Origin: Phoronis australis
Taxonomy: Eukaryota > Animalia > Phoronida
Reading direction: 5' to 3'
DNA: 64,000 nucleotides
Assembly: GCA_002633005.1 (NCBI GenBank)
Contig: NMRA01000017.1
Coordinates: 655,587 to 719,586, forward strand
The notes under the pieces: generated by a model
Seen by the model: the letters and a program-made list of their open reading frames with translations, nothing else
What the model was told of the DNA's origin: nothing
The model's database searches: none
Position numbers and translations under genes: made by a program
Part shown: piece after piece, positions 1 to 10,956 of the stretch
Layout: the number at the start of each line of letters is the position of its first letter
How positions within the stretch are numbered: position 1 is the stretch's first letter

Positions 1-709
1 GAAAAGTGCCAATGCGCAGCAGTTTGACAGAATTTCTGAAAATGAAATAATTTCCAATTAAAAGAGTGATAAATTCCTCATCTAAAAATCGGGGGGGGGG
101 GCATATTGCGCAACTGGAAAAACATCAATCTCCCGACCGACCAAAATTAGGCCTTCCGGACGATCGAAAACTCGCCATGAAAACTTGGCCTTGACTTCGA
201 GAAAACAACTTGAGGACATGCGCATGCATCTAAACTACATCCTGTCCAAATTTCATGTTTGTATTTGAGAGTATAGTGCTCTTTTGGATAGGAGGAACAA
301 GAGGTACTTTTTCGAAAGTTGATCGCACGGCGGAAAATCGTGCGCTAAAAAAGCTTACAAAAAATTATTTATCAGCGATAATTTGAGATAAAAAGATTAC
401 AAACTTACAAATAAAGACTAAGGTAACGATTTATAACACATAATTGTCTTATAGTTAACTTTGAAGTCTGAATTCGGTAATTTACCGAAGTGGGTTTTAC
501 ACGGAGGCAGATATGGAGCACCGTGACCTACTTTTTGATTGTCCTCCCTACACATTGTCATGTTTCTAGATAGTAGAATAATCAACAGTTGTCATAGCAG
601 CTCAACATGCTCAAACAAAGCTGAGAGAATTTCCATTTTTCACGTAATCTGTGTATAATCAGAACAAAGTCTGACTGTCGGGGAAGAATACTTGTTGATG
701 AGTATTACT

Positions 710-2032
710 CAGTGTTCTCTATGACCTGTTTTGACTCGACGCGGGAACGAGTTTGGATTTTGCCACGTGGAGTTTGGGGAAAGCGCGTCGAGTTTGGGGA
801 AAGCGCGTCAAGTTTAAAAATTGTCGCGACGGGTTTAAAACCTTGGCTGACTTGGTACTGCAGCCCTCAGCCTCTAATCAGAGCCTGATTTTACCAACAG
901 TAAACATATAGTTCACTTTAGTAAGAGGTAATTAAACAGCACCGTATTCGCCCGGGGCAGGGGCGCTTCTTGTAACCCAAGGTGGTTGATACTCAGTCTC
1001 CGAAACAGGTGAAATGGGAAACTAGGATTCATCAAATTTACGCTATGTGATGTATATGTAGCTTGTGACAGGCTTTCAATAAAACAACAAAACTGTGGCA
1101 CATTGCTATCAAATGTCGTCTTTGTTAAATTACGATCATTCTACAGAAAATTATTCTGAAATCCCAGGGCGAAAACTCACCGACTTTTTGTGCCGCTACC
1201 TAGCGATCGTCGACTGGGCAGCTTGAATAAAAATATAGTTTCGAATCAACAAATTACCTGAAATCCTCATTTAAGTTTTCCAAATAGTGACCCTAAGATT
1301 TTAAGTTCCTGTGGTGTCAGTATTATGAACAAGATAGGTTTAAATCTGCGAAAGATTGTATCCAGCAACGTGAGAAAAATCTCTGGACGAACACACGTCG
1401 TAGTCATGTGACCTTTGTTTTGAAGATTGTCTGCGTGCCGTGTGAGTGAGCGAGCGCGTGCGTGTCATCAGCGTTCATTTGCCAGAGGTATGCATTGTGA
1501 CTAAAGAAATAACACAAGCAGTATCACAAGAACGCGTTTTATTTAGCACTTGCTGATCACATCTACTATTAAAAGGTGCGAGGATTGTCTCTGTAGGGCC
1601 TAAGGCTGAATGTCGTTGAGTTGCCCGGTGAGTGGGTGTGTGACACTATGACTCATTTTCTGGGAGATTCGGGGGCGGAGCTGTCCACTATCAGTGCGGC
1701 ATTTCATCAGGTAGTTGACTTGACAAACACCAATTATGAATACATTGAAAAGGTGATTAATAATGTAATCTCTCTTAAAAACAACGCAACAGTTTTTACG
1801 GCAGTAGAAACTTTCTGAAATTAGTGCCCAATATTTATTTCTTGCCGATATGGTCTGGCGTAGTTTCATCGATAGTTCCGGGAGACTAATGTCTGCGATG
1901 TCAAGTGACAGGCATGTGCTTTTAACAACAAGTTTTTTTATTCGTGAGACAGTCATCACACTATAGTGTTGACTACTGATACTGAACTCTAGAAATTTGC
2001 GTCGAGTTTGGAATTGGTATTGTGGAAAACAC
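710..2032. mobile_element. Non-autonomous TIR DNA transposon, copy 1 (hAT-like CAG terminus, 5-bp TSD)
   Basis: Colinear, highly similar to 23988-25452. Left end CAGTGTTCTC; right end TTGTGGAAAACAC with the last 2 nt missing. TTACT flanks both sides (705-709, 2033-2037). Subterminal GCGTCGAGTTTGG repeats. No transposase ORF. Confidence 0.8.
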
Positions 2033-2037
2033 TTACT

Positions 2038-2495
2038 TGTAGTGAAAATCCAAAGTCCAAGTTTCGAACCCATTGCATTTTCTTGTTTCATGCCAGACTT
2101 GTTAACCAGTGCCAGTCTAGAAAGAGCAACTGCTCATAGAGAGGGCCTTTATATTCCTACTACACTCACTGAAGTTTCACTACACTCTTCCCCGTCCAAT
2201 GATTAGGGTTTACACCATCTGGAACTCAACATTGGATTGCCCCCCTCTACATCCGCCTCCTTCGCCATTATGGCACTATCATCAAACTCGGGAGGCAGTG
2301 CGGACCCTTTCAGCCGTCGTGAATACATGTTGTTGGGCGCCAGTGTATTGAAAATTTACTTAGTCCAAGTTTCGAACCCGGTACCTCTTGCTTCAATGTC
2401 GGGCGTCTTAACCAGTCGACCACAGAGCAGTTGCCCATTGGTCAGTGATTAAGAGAAGCCTTTATTCCTACTACACTCACTGCAGATTTACCACA
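2038..2495 (-). mobile_element. Complete TRIM (miniature non-autonomous LTR retrotransposon) with tRNA-like sequence in its LTRs (Helenus-like)
   Basis: Two diverged direct repeats with TG..CA ends (2038-2184, 2344-2495). Minus-strand PBS TGGCGCCCAAC at 2342-2332 and PPT GGGGAAGAG at 2193-2185. TSD TACT (2034-2037, 2496-2499). A-box TGGTCGACTGG in the 5' LTR; B-box GGTTCGAAAC in both LTRs. Confidence 0.88.
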
Positions 2496-3539
2496 TACTT
2501 ATGTGAAGGAAACGCCATCTGTTGGATGAGTCGTGCGATAAGCATGTCATAATTTTCCGGGAAAGACTGGCCGAATTCATTGTATAGGGTGTTCATTTCG
2601 TAATTCTCAAATTTAGCACTTTACATGTTTACTGGTTTTCGTCTTAAACTTTAGACCCCTAAACTAGCATATTTTGGAACATCCTCGGCACAAAATTGCA
2701 TGTAAAAACGGACCTCTTTGACAGTGAGTGCGAATTCTGTCGGATCTAGTTTCTGTCTAATAGGAGTTTCGAGTTTTTGACTTTTCAACTTTATGCTTCA
2801 ACTTTCAACTGTCAAAATTATCTTTTACTTTTAAACCTTTGCCATTAGAGACGGGGGCGATTTTAGAGTTGACCCAAAATAAAGTAATTGAGGATAATGA
2901 ATTCGGTATCAGAGGATGTGTTGTAAGTTTGTAGTTTTATATTTTATATTTGTTGTTGTCTCTGTGATAGTAGTGAGATGTTATACATAGTTTTCATTCC
3001 TCCATCAACAGGTCTGGTAGATACTTTTACAAATGCAACTGAGAAACTTGTCCTTCAATCTAGGGAAATAAGCAAGATCTTTGGCTTTGCATAAATCCTC
3101 TCGAGGTTTTCTTTCATTGTGGCTTGTTCCACTGCATCCTTGCTGAAGTCAAAAGACACTTGTGTTGTTTCATTTAGCAATAGAAAAAAACAAATTTTAT
3201 AATATTCCTCCTAATATCGTCTTCATTTCTTTTTCGAGTCATCCTGTTACCATTTTTATAATACCAGAAAACAGCCGCAAACATACCATTTACAATGGCT
3301 GTTGATGCACTTCAATGGCTTAGTTTTTCAAAATGCCTGATTGTACTTGTGATACACAACTTGATTACAGAAAAAAAATTAATTTGGTGCTATCAGTCTT
3401 GTATTGAAGAAATACCAAAACAATTTTCTGCCATATTGTGTCCATGAAAGGGTGAAATGTTGTTGTATTTATTGGTTGACATTTTTAACATCATCCAATA
3501 AGAGTATTTGTTACATCTTTATAATGATTCTCGTTGCAG

Positions 3540-6500
3540 GTTACATCCTCCCATGATGTGGGCTCAAAGAAATGACAAAGTGTATCTGACCATAAATCTA
3601 GAAGACTGCGAAAACCCCAACATTGAGCTCACAGAAGACTTCTTATATTTCAGGTAAGAAGCTAGGTGACGTGCATGTTGGTTGTTTGAAGGTCCACATT
3701 TGTTGAAGTAGGGAAGTTTCACGCTTTTGAAGGCGCGTAGTTTGGCTTTCTTGTCACGTGAGATAAGGGAAGAAGACATCTGGTTTGCATAACTTAGTGC
3801 TTACTCACCCTTGCTGCAAAGCAGCTGACACTTTTCAGTGAAAACAATGGAAGTTAAAATACAGGGTTTATTGTTTATGCACCCACAAAAAATAGTGTTG
3901 TCTCTCATACCATCATTACCATAGCTGGTCTGTTGATTTTTTGTTTTGCAAAAGCCCTTTGAAGAATCGTGATAAAATTAGGCACAGAGGTAAATGGTGA
4001 GGATGAGCCAGCACCAGTCTATATGCGTACAGATTTGACTACTGTGGCGCCCTCTATTGGGCATTTCAGTTTTCAACAGGAAATTCCTTGTCTACAGATT
4101 TTTGCGAAATGTCTTGTTCTCATAAAAATATGGCAGTTTTAAAGTCGTATTATTAGCAATGTTAAACAGTGATTGGATTTCTATCTTCACAATCACCGTT
4201 TTCATCACCAAAACTGTACACAACTTCAGTAGCAAGCCTGCCCCCCCTCCCCCTCCCTGATGCTTATACTTTGTGCACTCGTTAAAGTGGCGATAGTTGT
4301 CAACATTCATTTTTATGATGCTGGTCTTTGATGTCATATGACTCGAGAGTCTTCATGTTGAGAATAACTGGTTGATCCGATTGTTTTAGTTCTCTTCAAG
4401 AGAGTTGACCTATTTTTTCTTGTTTAGCTTGCAGTAGTTCAGTCATTTGTCCGTTTATTTTAGGAGCATTGCTGGTCACGACAGAAAAGAATATGAGATC
4501 AAAGTGGAATTTTTTAAACCTATCGATTTTTCGGTAAGTATTCAATACAATTTGGGTCAAGCAGCCTCTATTTGAGTTTGCTAAACTAGACTTCAAATGT
4601 TCAATCAGTCTTTGTAATGGCCNNNNNNNNNNNNNNNNNNNNNNNNNNNNNNNNNNNNNNNNNNNNNNNNNNNNNNNNNNNNNNNNNNNNNNNNNNNNNN
4701 NNNNNNNNNNNNNNNNNNNNNNNNNNNNNNNNNNNNNNNNNNNNNNNNNNNNNNNNNNNNNNNNNNNNNNNNNNNNNNNNNNNNNNNNNNNNNNNNNNNN
4801 NNNNNNNNNNNNNNNNNNNNNNNNNNNNNNNNNNNNNNNNNNNNNNNNNNNNNNNNNNNNNNNNNNNNNNNNNNNNNNNNNNNNNNNNNNNNNNNNNNNN
4901 NNNNNNNNNNNNNNNNNNNNNNNNNNNNNNNNNNNNNNNNNNNNNNNNNNNNNNNNNNNNNNNNNNNNNNNNNNNNNNNNNNNNNNNNNNNNNNNNNNNN
5001 NNNNNNNNNNNNNNNNNNNNNNNNNNNNNNNNNNNNNNNNNNNNNNNNNNNNNNNNNNNNNNNNNNNNNNNNNNNNNNNNNNNNNNNNNNNNNNNNNNNN
5101 NNNNNNNNNNNNNNNNNNNNNNNNNNNNNNNNNNNNNNNNNNNNNNNNNNNNNNNNNNNNNNNNNNNNNNNNNNNNNNNNNNNNNNNNNNNNNNNNNNNN
5201 NNNNNNNNNNNNNNNNNNNNNNNNNNNNNNNNNNNNNNNNNNNNNNNNNNNNNNNNNNNNNNNNNNNNNNNNNNNNNNNNNNNNNNNNNNNNNNNNNNNN
5301 NNNNNNNNNNNNNNGGTATGCCTCTAGTGGCAATTTTAGTATTTGCCTCTAGTGGCAATTTTAGTATTTTACATTGACCTCTGTATTTTCATAGGTCTTC
5401 AGGTGTATACTTTGTGTTACTTCGTGACTATGAAGGAAAAGTTCCAAGTAGAAATTTGTTTCTGGCATTGTAATGCTGTGCTAATCTCGTATGTTGGTAA
5501 ATTTGTTTTTAATTCTATGTTTCTGTGGTGCTTTAAGCAACTGGTGTATAGGATGTGCTTGTATTATGAAGATTATTCACATTTTGCCCCTAGCCTATTG
5601 AGGAGACAATAACCATGCCTTTCCATTTTGCAAAGTACAACATACTACATATATGTCCTCTACTGGCCACTTTATGGTACCAATAAACAACCCTAGAAGG
5701 ATACCGTATGCGGTGCAATTGTGGGCGCATTTCAACGCTCTGTGTTGCTCTTGTTAGTTTTGCAGAGCATCACAGAAATCGAGTTGTGAAAAATGAAAAA
5801 TTTCTGTGGTTATACGGAGCTCGTAGATGTTAGTGTTGGCTGAATACACCACTTCATTCTTATATCAGGCGACTTGCATGAAACTCAATCAATTACTTAC
5901 AATAAATAAGTTTTGTTTCATGAAATTCGTCTAATATATCTCACTCGTATCGAATAATTTAGTGACGCGCCTCATTTTTAGTATCTTGTGGAAATTTGAC
6001 GAGTTTCGACTCGTTGAGGAAGCGCTCAGAGGAACTTAAAACTCTAAGGACTGTTCTTAGTTATATGTACTGCAAATACCAAAACAGTTAGTACTTTAAA
6101 GTCTGTAGAAGTTAGTACCCAGCGTGTATCTTAACTAAAGTTAACAGCACTGACCTCTGGTGACTAAAATCTGGAACTTGGGTTATAACAGTTGTTCTCT
6201 CAGTGTCAACGGTAGCGATTAAGTAACAGTTATTACTGTGGAAAACTGGTTTAGTTGATGTGAATGCATCTCTAACGAGTGTCTGTTCTGAGGTGTCTCA
6301 CTCCGTAGTTATTTCTTTCTTTAATGTTCAGTGTGTAAGGGACTTAGTTTTACTGCTTCAAACACATTTAGGGGTTATTGTTGGATAGGATAGGCTTCTT
6401 AAAGCTATTAGTTTTGACTAGGGCTGTAAAATGAAACTAAAGATAAAATTTTACTACGAATTGGCAGTTGTTGCGGTTGTCTGGTAAACATTCGTTGAAA

Positions 6501-9500
6501 TGAAGCGCTGTGACTTTACCATTTAAATATGCTTTAAATACTCTGCCATTTATTCTATGGGGCTCAGGTTTGTCAGGAGACCATGTGATTGTGACCATGG
6601 TGGTTCCAAGTTCGATCCAATGTTGAGGTGAAGCTCAAACAAAAATTACTTTTCTCAATGGCTGAAATAAATTGAATAGTCAAGGACAGAAACTGGTAAT
6701 TTTTAATGAATTTGGCTCTTCAAACTGAATTCTTCTTGAAAAATTAGTATAGAATTCTTCTTCCACGAAGGAACTACGTCAAAATTACAGCAACTTTTAG
6801 TCGATGCACATTCACATTTATCAGTCATTTGGGTTTGGCCAAGACATGGGCATGAACTTTAAAGTTAGCACATAAGTAAACAAAGATGTATTGATCCGAC
6901 GTTTTGGTTTATTCACTATAAACCATTCTCAAGACGAAAGTTCACAGGTGCAGAACAGACTACAGGTACACATGGAAATGCAATGTGAGGGTACAGACCA
7001 GAGATCAACACGCCTTTGTTTATTCAAGTGCTAATTTTAAAGTCTGCTCACATTTACGTTTTCGTATTCATTTGGAGTTTGCCTTGCGATATCGGACAGA
7101 AGACTGAGCCTGGCGCACAACAAAAGAAAGATTGATATCTGAAGCGTGTTCAATAGAGTGAGCACCCGCTAGTGATTTGAGCGCCCTCGTCCTGAACAGC
7201 TGTGTTGACGTTAGCGCTCGTGAGCGCTCGCGAACAACCTCGAGAGCATGTTCGCTTAGATTTCCAAGATGGCATCCTGCGAAGGCTTCAAGTCTGCAAC
7301 ATATGAACCCATTATGGTTCTGCAACATGAAAACTAACCTCAAAAGTTGACAGACTCATCCGAAAGTGCGACTTAAATTGTGGGTCGCTGTAGCGAGGAC
7401 GGCAGTTTCCTCAACGTAATTTTCAATTCTTGTTGTTCCAAAGCCTTCACGGTTGTTGTCTTGGGCTGCCGATATTAATATTGGCAAAGATTAATCATAT
7501 TTATCGCTCAGTACCTCATAGGAAGGACTGTTAGTGTTAAGCTCATTGGCTAAGACGTTCAACACAATCTGCTTCAGAATCGCCATACTGGATTGCACAG
7601 TGAGCGCTCACAGCTGTACACGCTAGCGGGCGCTCACTCTGTTGAACACGCTTCAGGCCTCTGAAAACTGGTGTCGTCTGGACTACAAACTAAACAAGAG
7701 TTGTACTGTGATCACTGCTCTGCTTTATATGTTGTGTATTTACATTACAGAAATCCAAGCAAAGTGTACAAGCACGTAACATAGTCATGGTGTTAATCAA
7801 AAAAGAAGAAGGTCCTTATTGGCCGAGGTTATTAAAAGACAAGGTCAAGGTGAAAGCCAGTGTTGTCATTTTTCTTGTGTTGACTATACTGGAGTGTTGA
7901 GTACTTGTGTATGGAAAGAGGCCTGGAAATGTTTCCAGCAGCACACACATATCTGTGTGGAGATATCAGATAGAGAAACATGGCTACAGGGAGAGTTTGG
8001 AGGAGTCGTGGCTCACGTATTGTCTCTCATTTTGCAATTTGAAATTTTAATATATGTGATGTGTTCTGCTGTTGCACCATGCTTATGATGGATTTGGTGT
8101 ATGCTGCTCCCTCTAGTGGCCTTTTTATTGTTACGTTTGTTCTAAATCACCCGCCACTGCTGTTTGATGGATCATGATAAAAGGTGGCAGGTGTGTTGCT
8201 GTTGAGCATCACCTACATGCTTTACACATCCTACAGGCTTTATTCAGTTTATTAGTATAATTGCTACCTCTGGTGGGAATGTTTAAAATATTGGTCGCCC
8301 TTTGTACCTGCTATATGCAATGCACATGGTGGGCGCATATCATTGATGTGCGTTGCGCTTGTAAAATATCATAATGTCATAATGTATTCTTGTCCAATTG
8401 CATTCTACTTGTGCGTTAAAATTTTTAGTTTTGGTTTCTCTGGCAGACTGATCTTATTGCAGTCCAGTGTTGTTTGCTTTCAAGACATATGGAGCAATTG
8501 AAATTGGTTCAGAATGGCAAAGCAGTTTGTGTACTGATATCATGCAGGGAGGATATTGGAATACTGTTGGATAATGAGACAGGCAATCTGAAGATGTCTG
8601 TTTTAGTACACTCAATGATATTCCTTGTTGGAGTATGACTTTACTGTCTGTGTTTCTGTCATATGACCTACGTTCTCACCTCTACTGTTTGTGTTTCAGC
8701 AAGGTTGGTTAAAGACCGACTTTAATAAGTGGAAGGACGAAGAGGAAAGTGACGAAGATCAAGGTAAAGAGGCAGACCTGGCCGAGGTGAGACAAGATGG
8801 AGTTGTCAGCGACAACGTTACCAGACACTCGTGTCAACGAGCATTTAATCATTAGCTGGAATGTATCCAATCGCACGAGTCCCTGAATGACACGTAGGAA
8901 TCATGTTCTTAGATCTTGAATACATTATGCCCAGGAAGATACGTTGTGGCGAAAATAGCCGTTTTGGATTCGTTGCCCCACTACCGATCTATTTGCTATG
9001 TGAATACATTTAACTCACAGTTTCTAATTCGTCAGGTCTATTCTGTTTTTTTTTCAGTGAAATTGTCGCTCTCACTCCAGAACATGTTCTGTCAGTTTTA
9101 ATTTGGTACGCATGTACGATTTAACATTTGGTGCCTGCAGGTAGTTTTTTGCTTTGTCCTTTAGAATGAACAACCCAATTTAGTCTCTTTTGAATTCCAG
9201 TCCTATTACTCCAAAATTAAGATTCACGGTTTCAAATTTTCATGCTGTCTTGTAATTAAAGGTGTAAATTAACAGTCCCATCTTCAAACAAGCCACTGTT
9301 ATCAATGGGAGAATGGTTTAGTGTTAAATATGAGAAGTGGAAATTCAAATTACAGTGGAGGACAAAAAGACTCTTGGTGTTCCACTTAAGGTCACTGAAA
9401 CAAATTCTGTGGACTGATTTGTTTGTTAAGATTGTATCGGTGCATAGAAAAATGCTTAGAAAAATGCTCACCTTTTGCTCACTTTGTTATGTCATATATC

Positions 9501-10956
9501 ATCAGTAGCTGATCAGGTTCATGAGAAACTTAAATTAATGCTCTATGTTTTTGCACAGTTCTCCAAAAGATTGTTTGTTAGTGTTACTTTAAAATGTTAC
9601 ACTTTCTCATGAGAGGCTGTCAAAAGATAAGACTTTCATGGCTTCACTAGCCTTGGCCTGTCACAGTGTTATGACCGTATTCAATCTTGGCTTGTCACAG
9701 TGTTATGACCGTATTCAATCTTGGCCTGTCACAGTGTTATGACCGTATTCAATCTTGGCTTGTCACAGTGTTATGACCGTATTCAATCTTGGCTTGTCAC
9801 AGTGTTATGACTGTATTCAATCTTCTTCAGATGATGAGTAGGATGGGTCAGTTCAACCCTACAAGTGCGGCAGAGGATTTCGTAGCCAATGAAGACGAGC
9901 CAGACAGCGATGACGATGGTAAGCTAACCACTGCAACACCATATTCACGGAGCTTCAATAATCTTAATAGCAAGATTGATGGACACACTACCCTAGTCAA
10001 GCTTGGGCTATGTAAATGATGCTTGGCTACCGTTTCCAAGTTTTTTGTACCCACTCTTTCTAGTTGCACACTATCCTCGCTTAACCTCTTTACTAATGTT
10101 GTTGACGTCCAAATTTTAGTGCACTGGAACGTATCGCATGAAGTGCGTTGTCAGGTGTGAATAAGTCATGATCGACAGTCTGTAAAAATACACAATTTGC
10201 TTGGTGATGGAATTCATTTAAGATGGCCATCTCGAGTTACTTTACTGTCCAGCTCATTAGGAACACCTCGAGTATTTTCGTAGCCTAAACTTGTCCGTCT
10301 CTGGTGTCTTTGCGCTTGTGGTACGTTAATCTTAACTACAGAGGGATTTAGTCAAGAGATTGTTAAAGTCGTACATCTTCAACTTAGTAAATCTCAAAAT
10401 TCACACGATGTCACTCTAAATCCTTAGTCTACCTCCTCATATACTGTTGATTCTTGGCACATTTAAATGCATTCTCCATTGTGTGATTCACATGACTTGC
10501 TGTTGAGCTTCGCACATGTGCAGATATTATATTTTCCATGTCAGAGGGATAATTTGAGGCTAATAGCAGTAAGTGACTTAAAAACTTAATGTATTCATTT
10601 GTCAAACCTCGTATGTCTACATTGATATTGTTCATCACAGATAAAGCACACTCATATGGAAAATTTTTAATTGTTTGGGAGAAAAGAGCACCGTTCTTAA
10701 GAAACAAAATGTAGCATGTAAGAATTAAAGTGCAGTTGAATGGATACGAACTGGGTCAATGAGAACAGGAGTCTATTGACGAGAACAGTCATGTGGGTCG
10801 TGACGGAGGAAGGTCGTCTACCCAAATAGCGGGTGTCAACATTATTTTCAGATTTTCAAAAGATAAGTAAGCATATTTACATCTTGTTGAATAGTTATTT
10901 TTGTCCATAGCATGGTTGTTTTTCATATTTCAGATTTGCCAGACTTGGAAGCATAG
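3540..10956 (+). CDS. PTGES3: p23 Hsp90 co-chaperone / prostaglandin E synthase 3 (5'-partial; first coding exon not identified)
   Basis: Phase-consistent GT-AG exons 3540-3653, 4464-4533, 7751-7849, 8700-8786, 9831-9918, 10934-10956. Translation: LHPPMMWAQRNDKVYLTINLEDC...YWPRLLKDKVK-QGWLKTDFNKWKDEEESD...DSDDDDLPDLEA*. Contains the p23 hallmarks WAQR, WPRL, WLxxDFxxW and the DLPDLE tail. Confidence 0.95.
4623..5314. other. Assembly gap (p23 intron)
   Basis: Run of N. Confidence 1.
7139..7656. mobile_element. MITE with ~34-bp TIRs in a p23 intron
   Basis: CTGAAGCGTGTTCAATAGAGTGAGCACCCGCTAG at 7139, and its near-perfect reverse complement ending at 7656. TSD not resolved. Confidence 0.75.
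9652..9824. repeat. Minisatellite, 34-bp unit x5, abutting a p23 splice acceptor
   Basis: Unit CTTGGC(C/T)TGTCACAGTGTTATGACCGTATTCAAT at 9652, 9686, 9720, 9754, 9788. Confidence 0.95.

Noticed and set aside
1-525. Possible right end of a Transib-like element (…GGAGCACCGTG)
   Set aside because: The partner terminus would lie outside the window, so it cannot be verified.
1600-2091. Similar ORFs at 1621-1818 and 24856-25122 ([11 protein letters not shown]...) suggesting a gene family
   Set aside because: Both lie inside copies of the same non-coding TIR element; no splice or domain support.
4396-5358. Long ORFs spanning N-runs (also 15969-16914 and 29664-30324)
   Set aside because: Artifacts of translating assembly gaps.
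5317-5369. 26-bp tandem duplication at the gap edge
   Set aside because: Likely the end of a collapsed repeat or an assembly-edge artifact; cannot be assessed.
6560-6640. SINE head (B-box-like GTTCGATCC; similar at ~44560)
   Set aside because: No clear A-box, tail or TSD; too degenerate to call.
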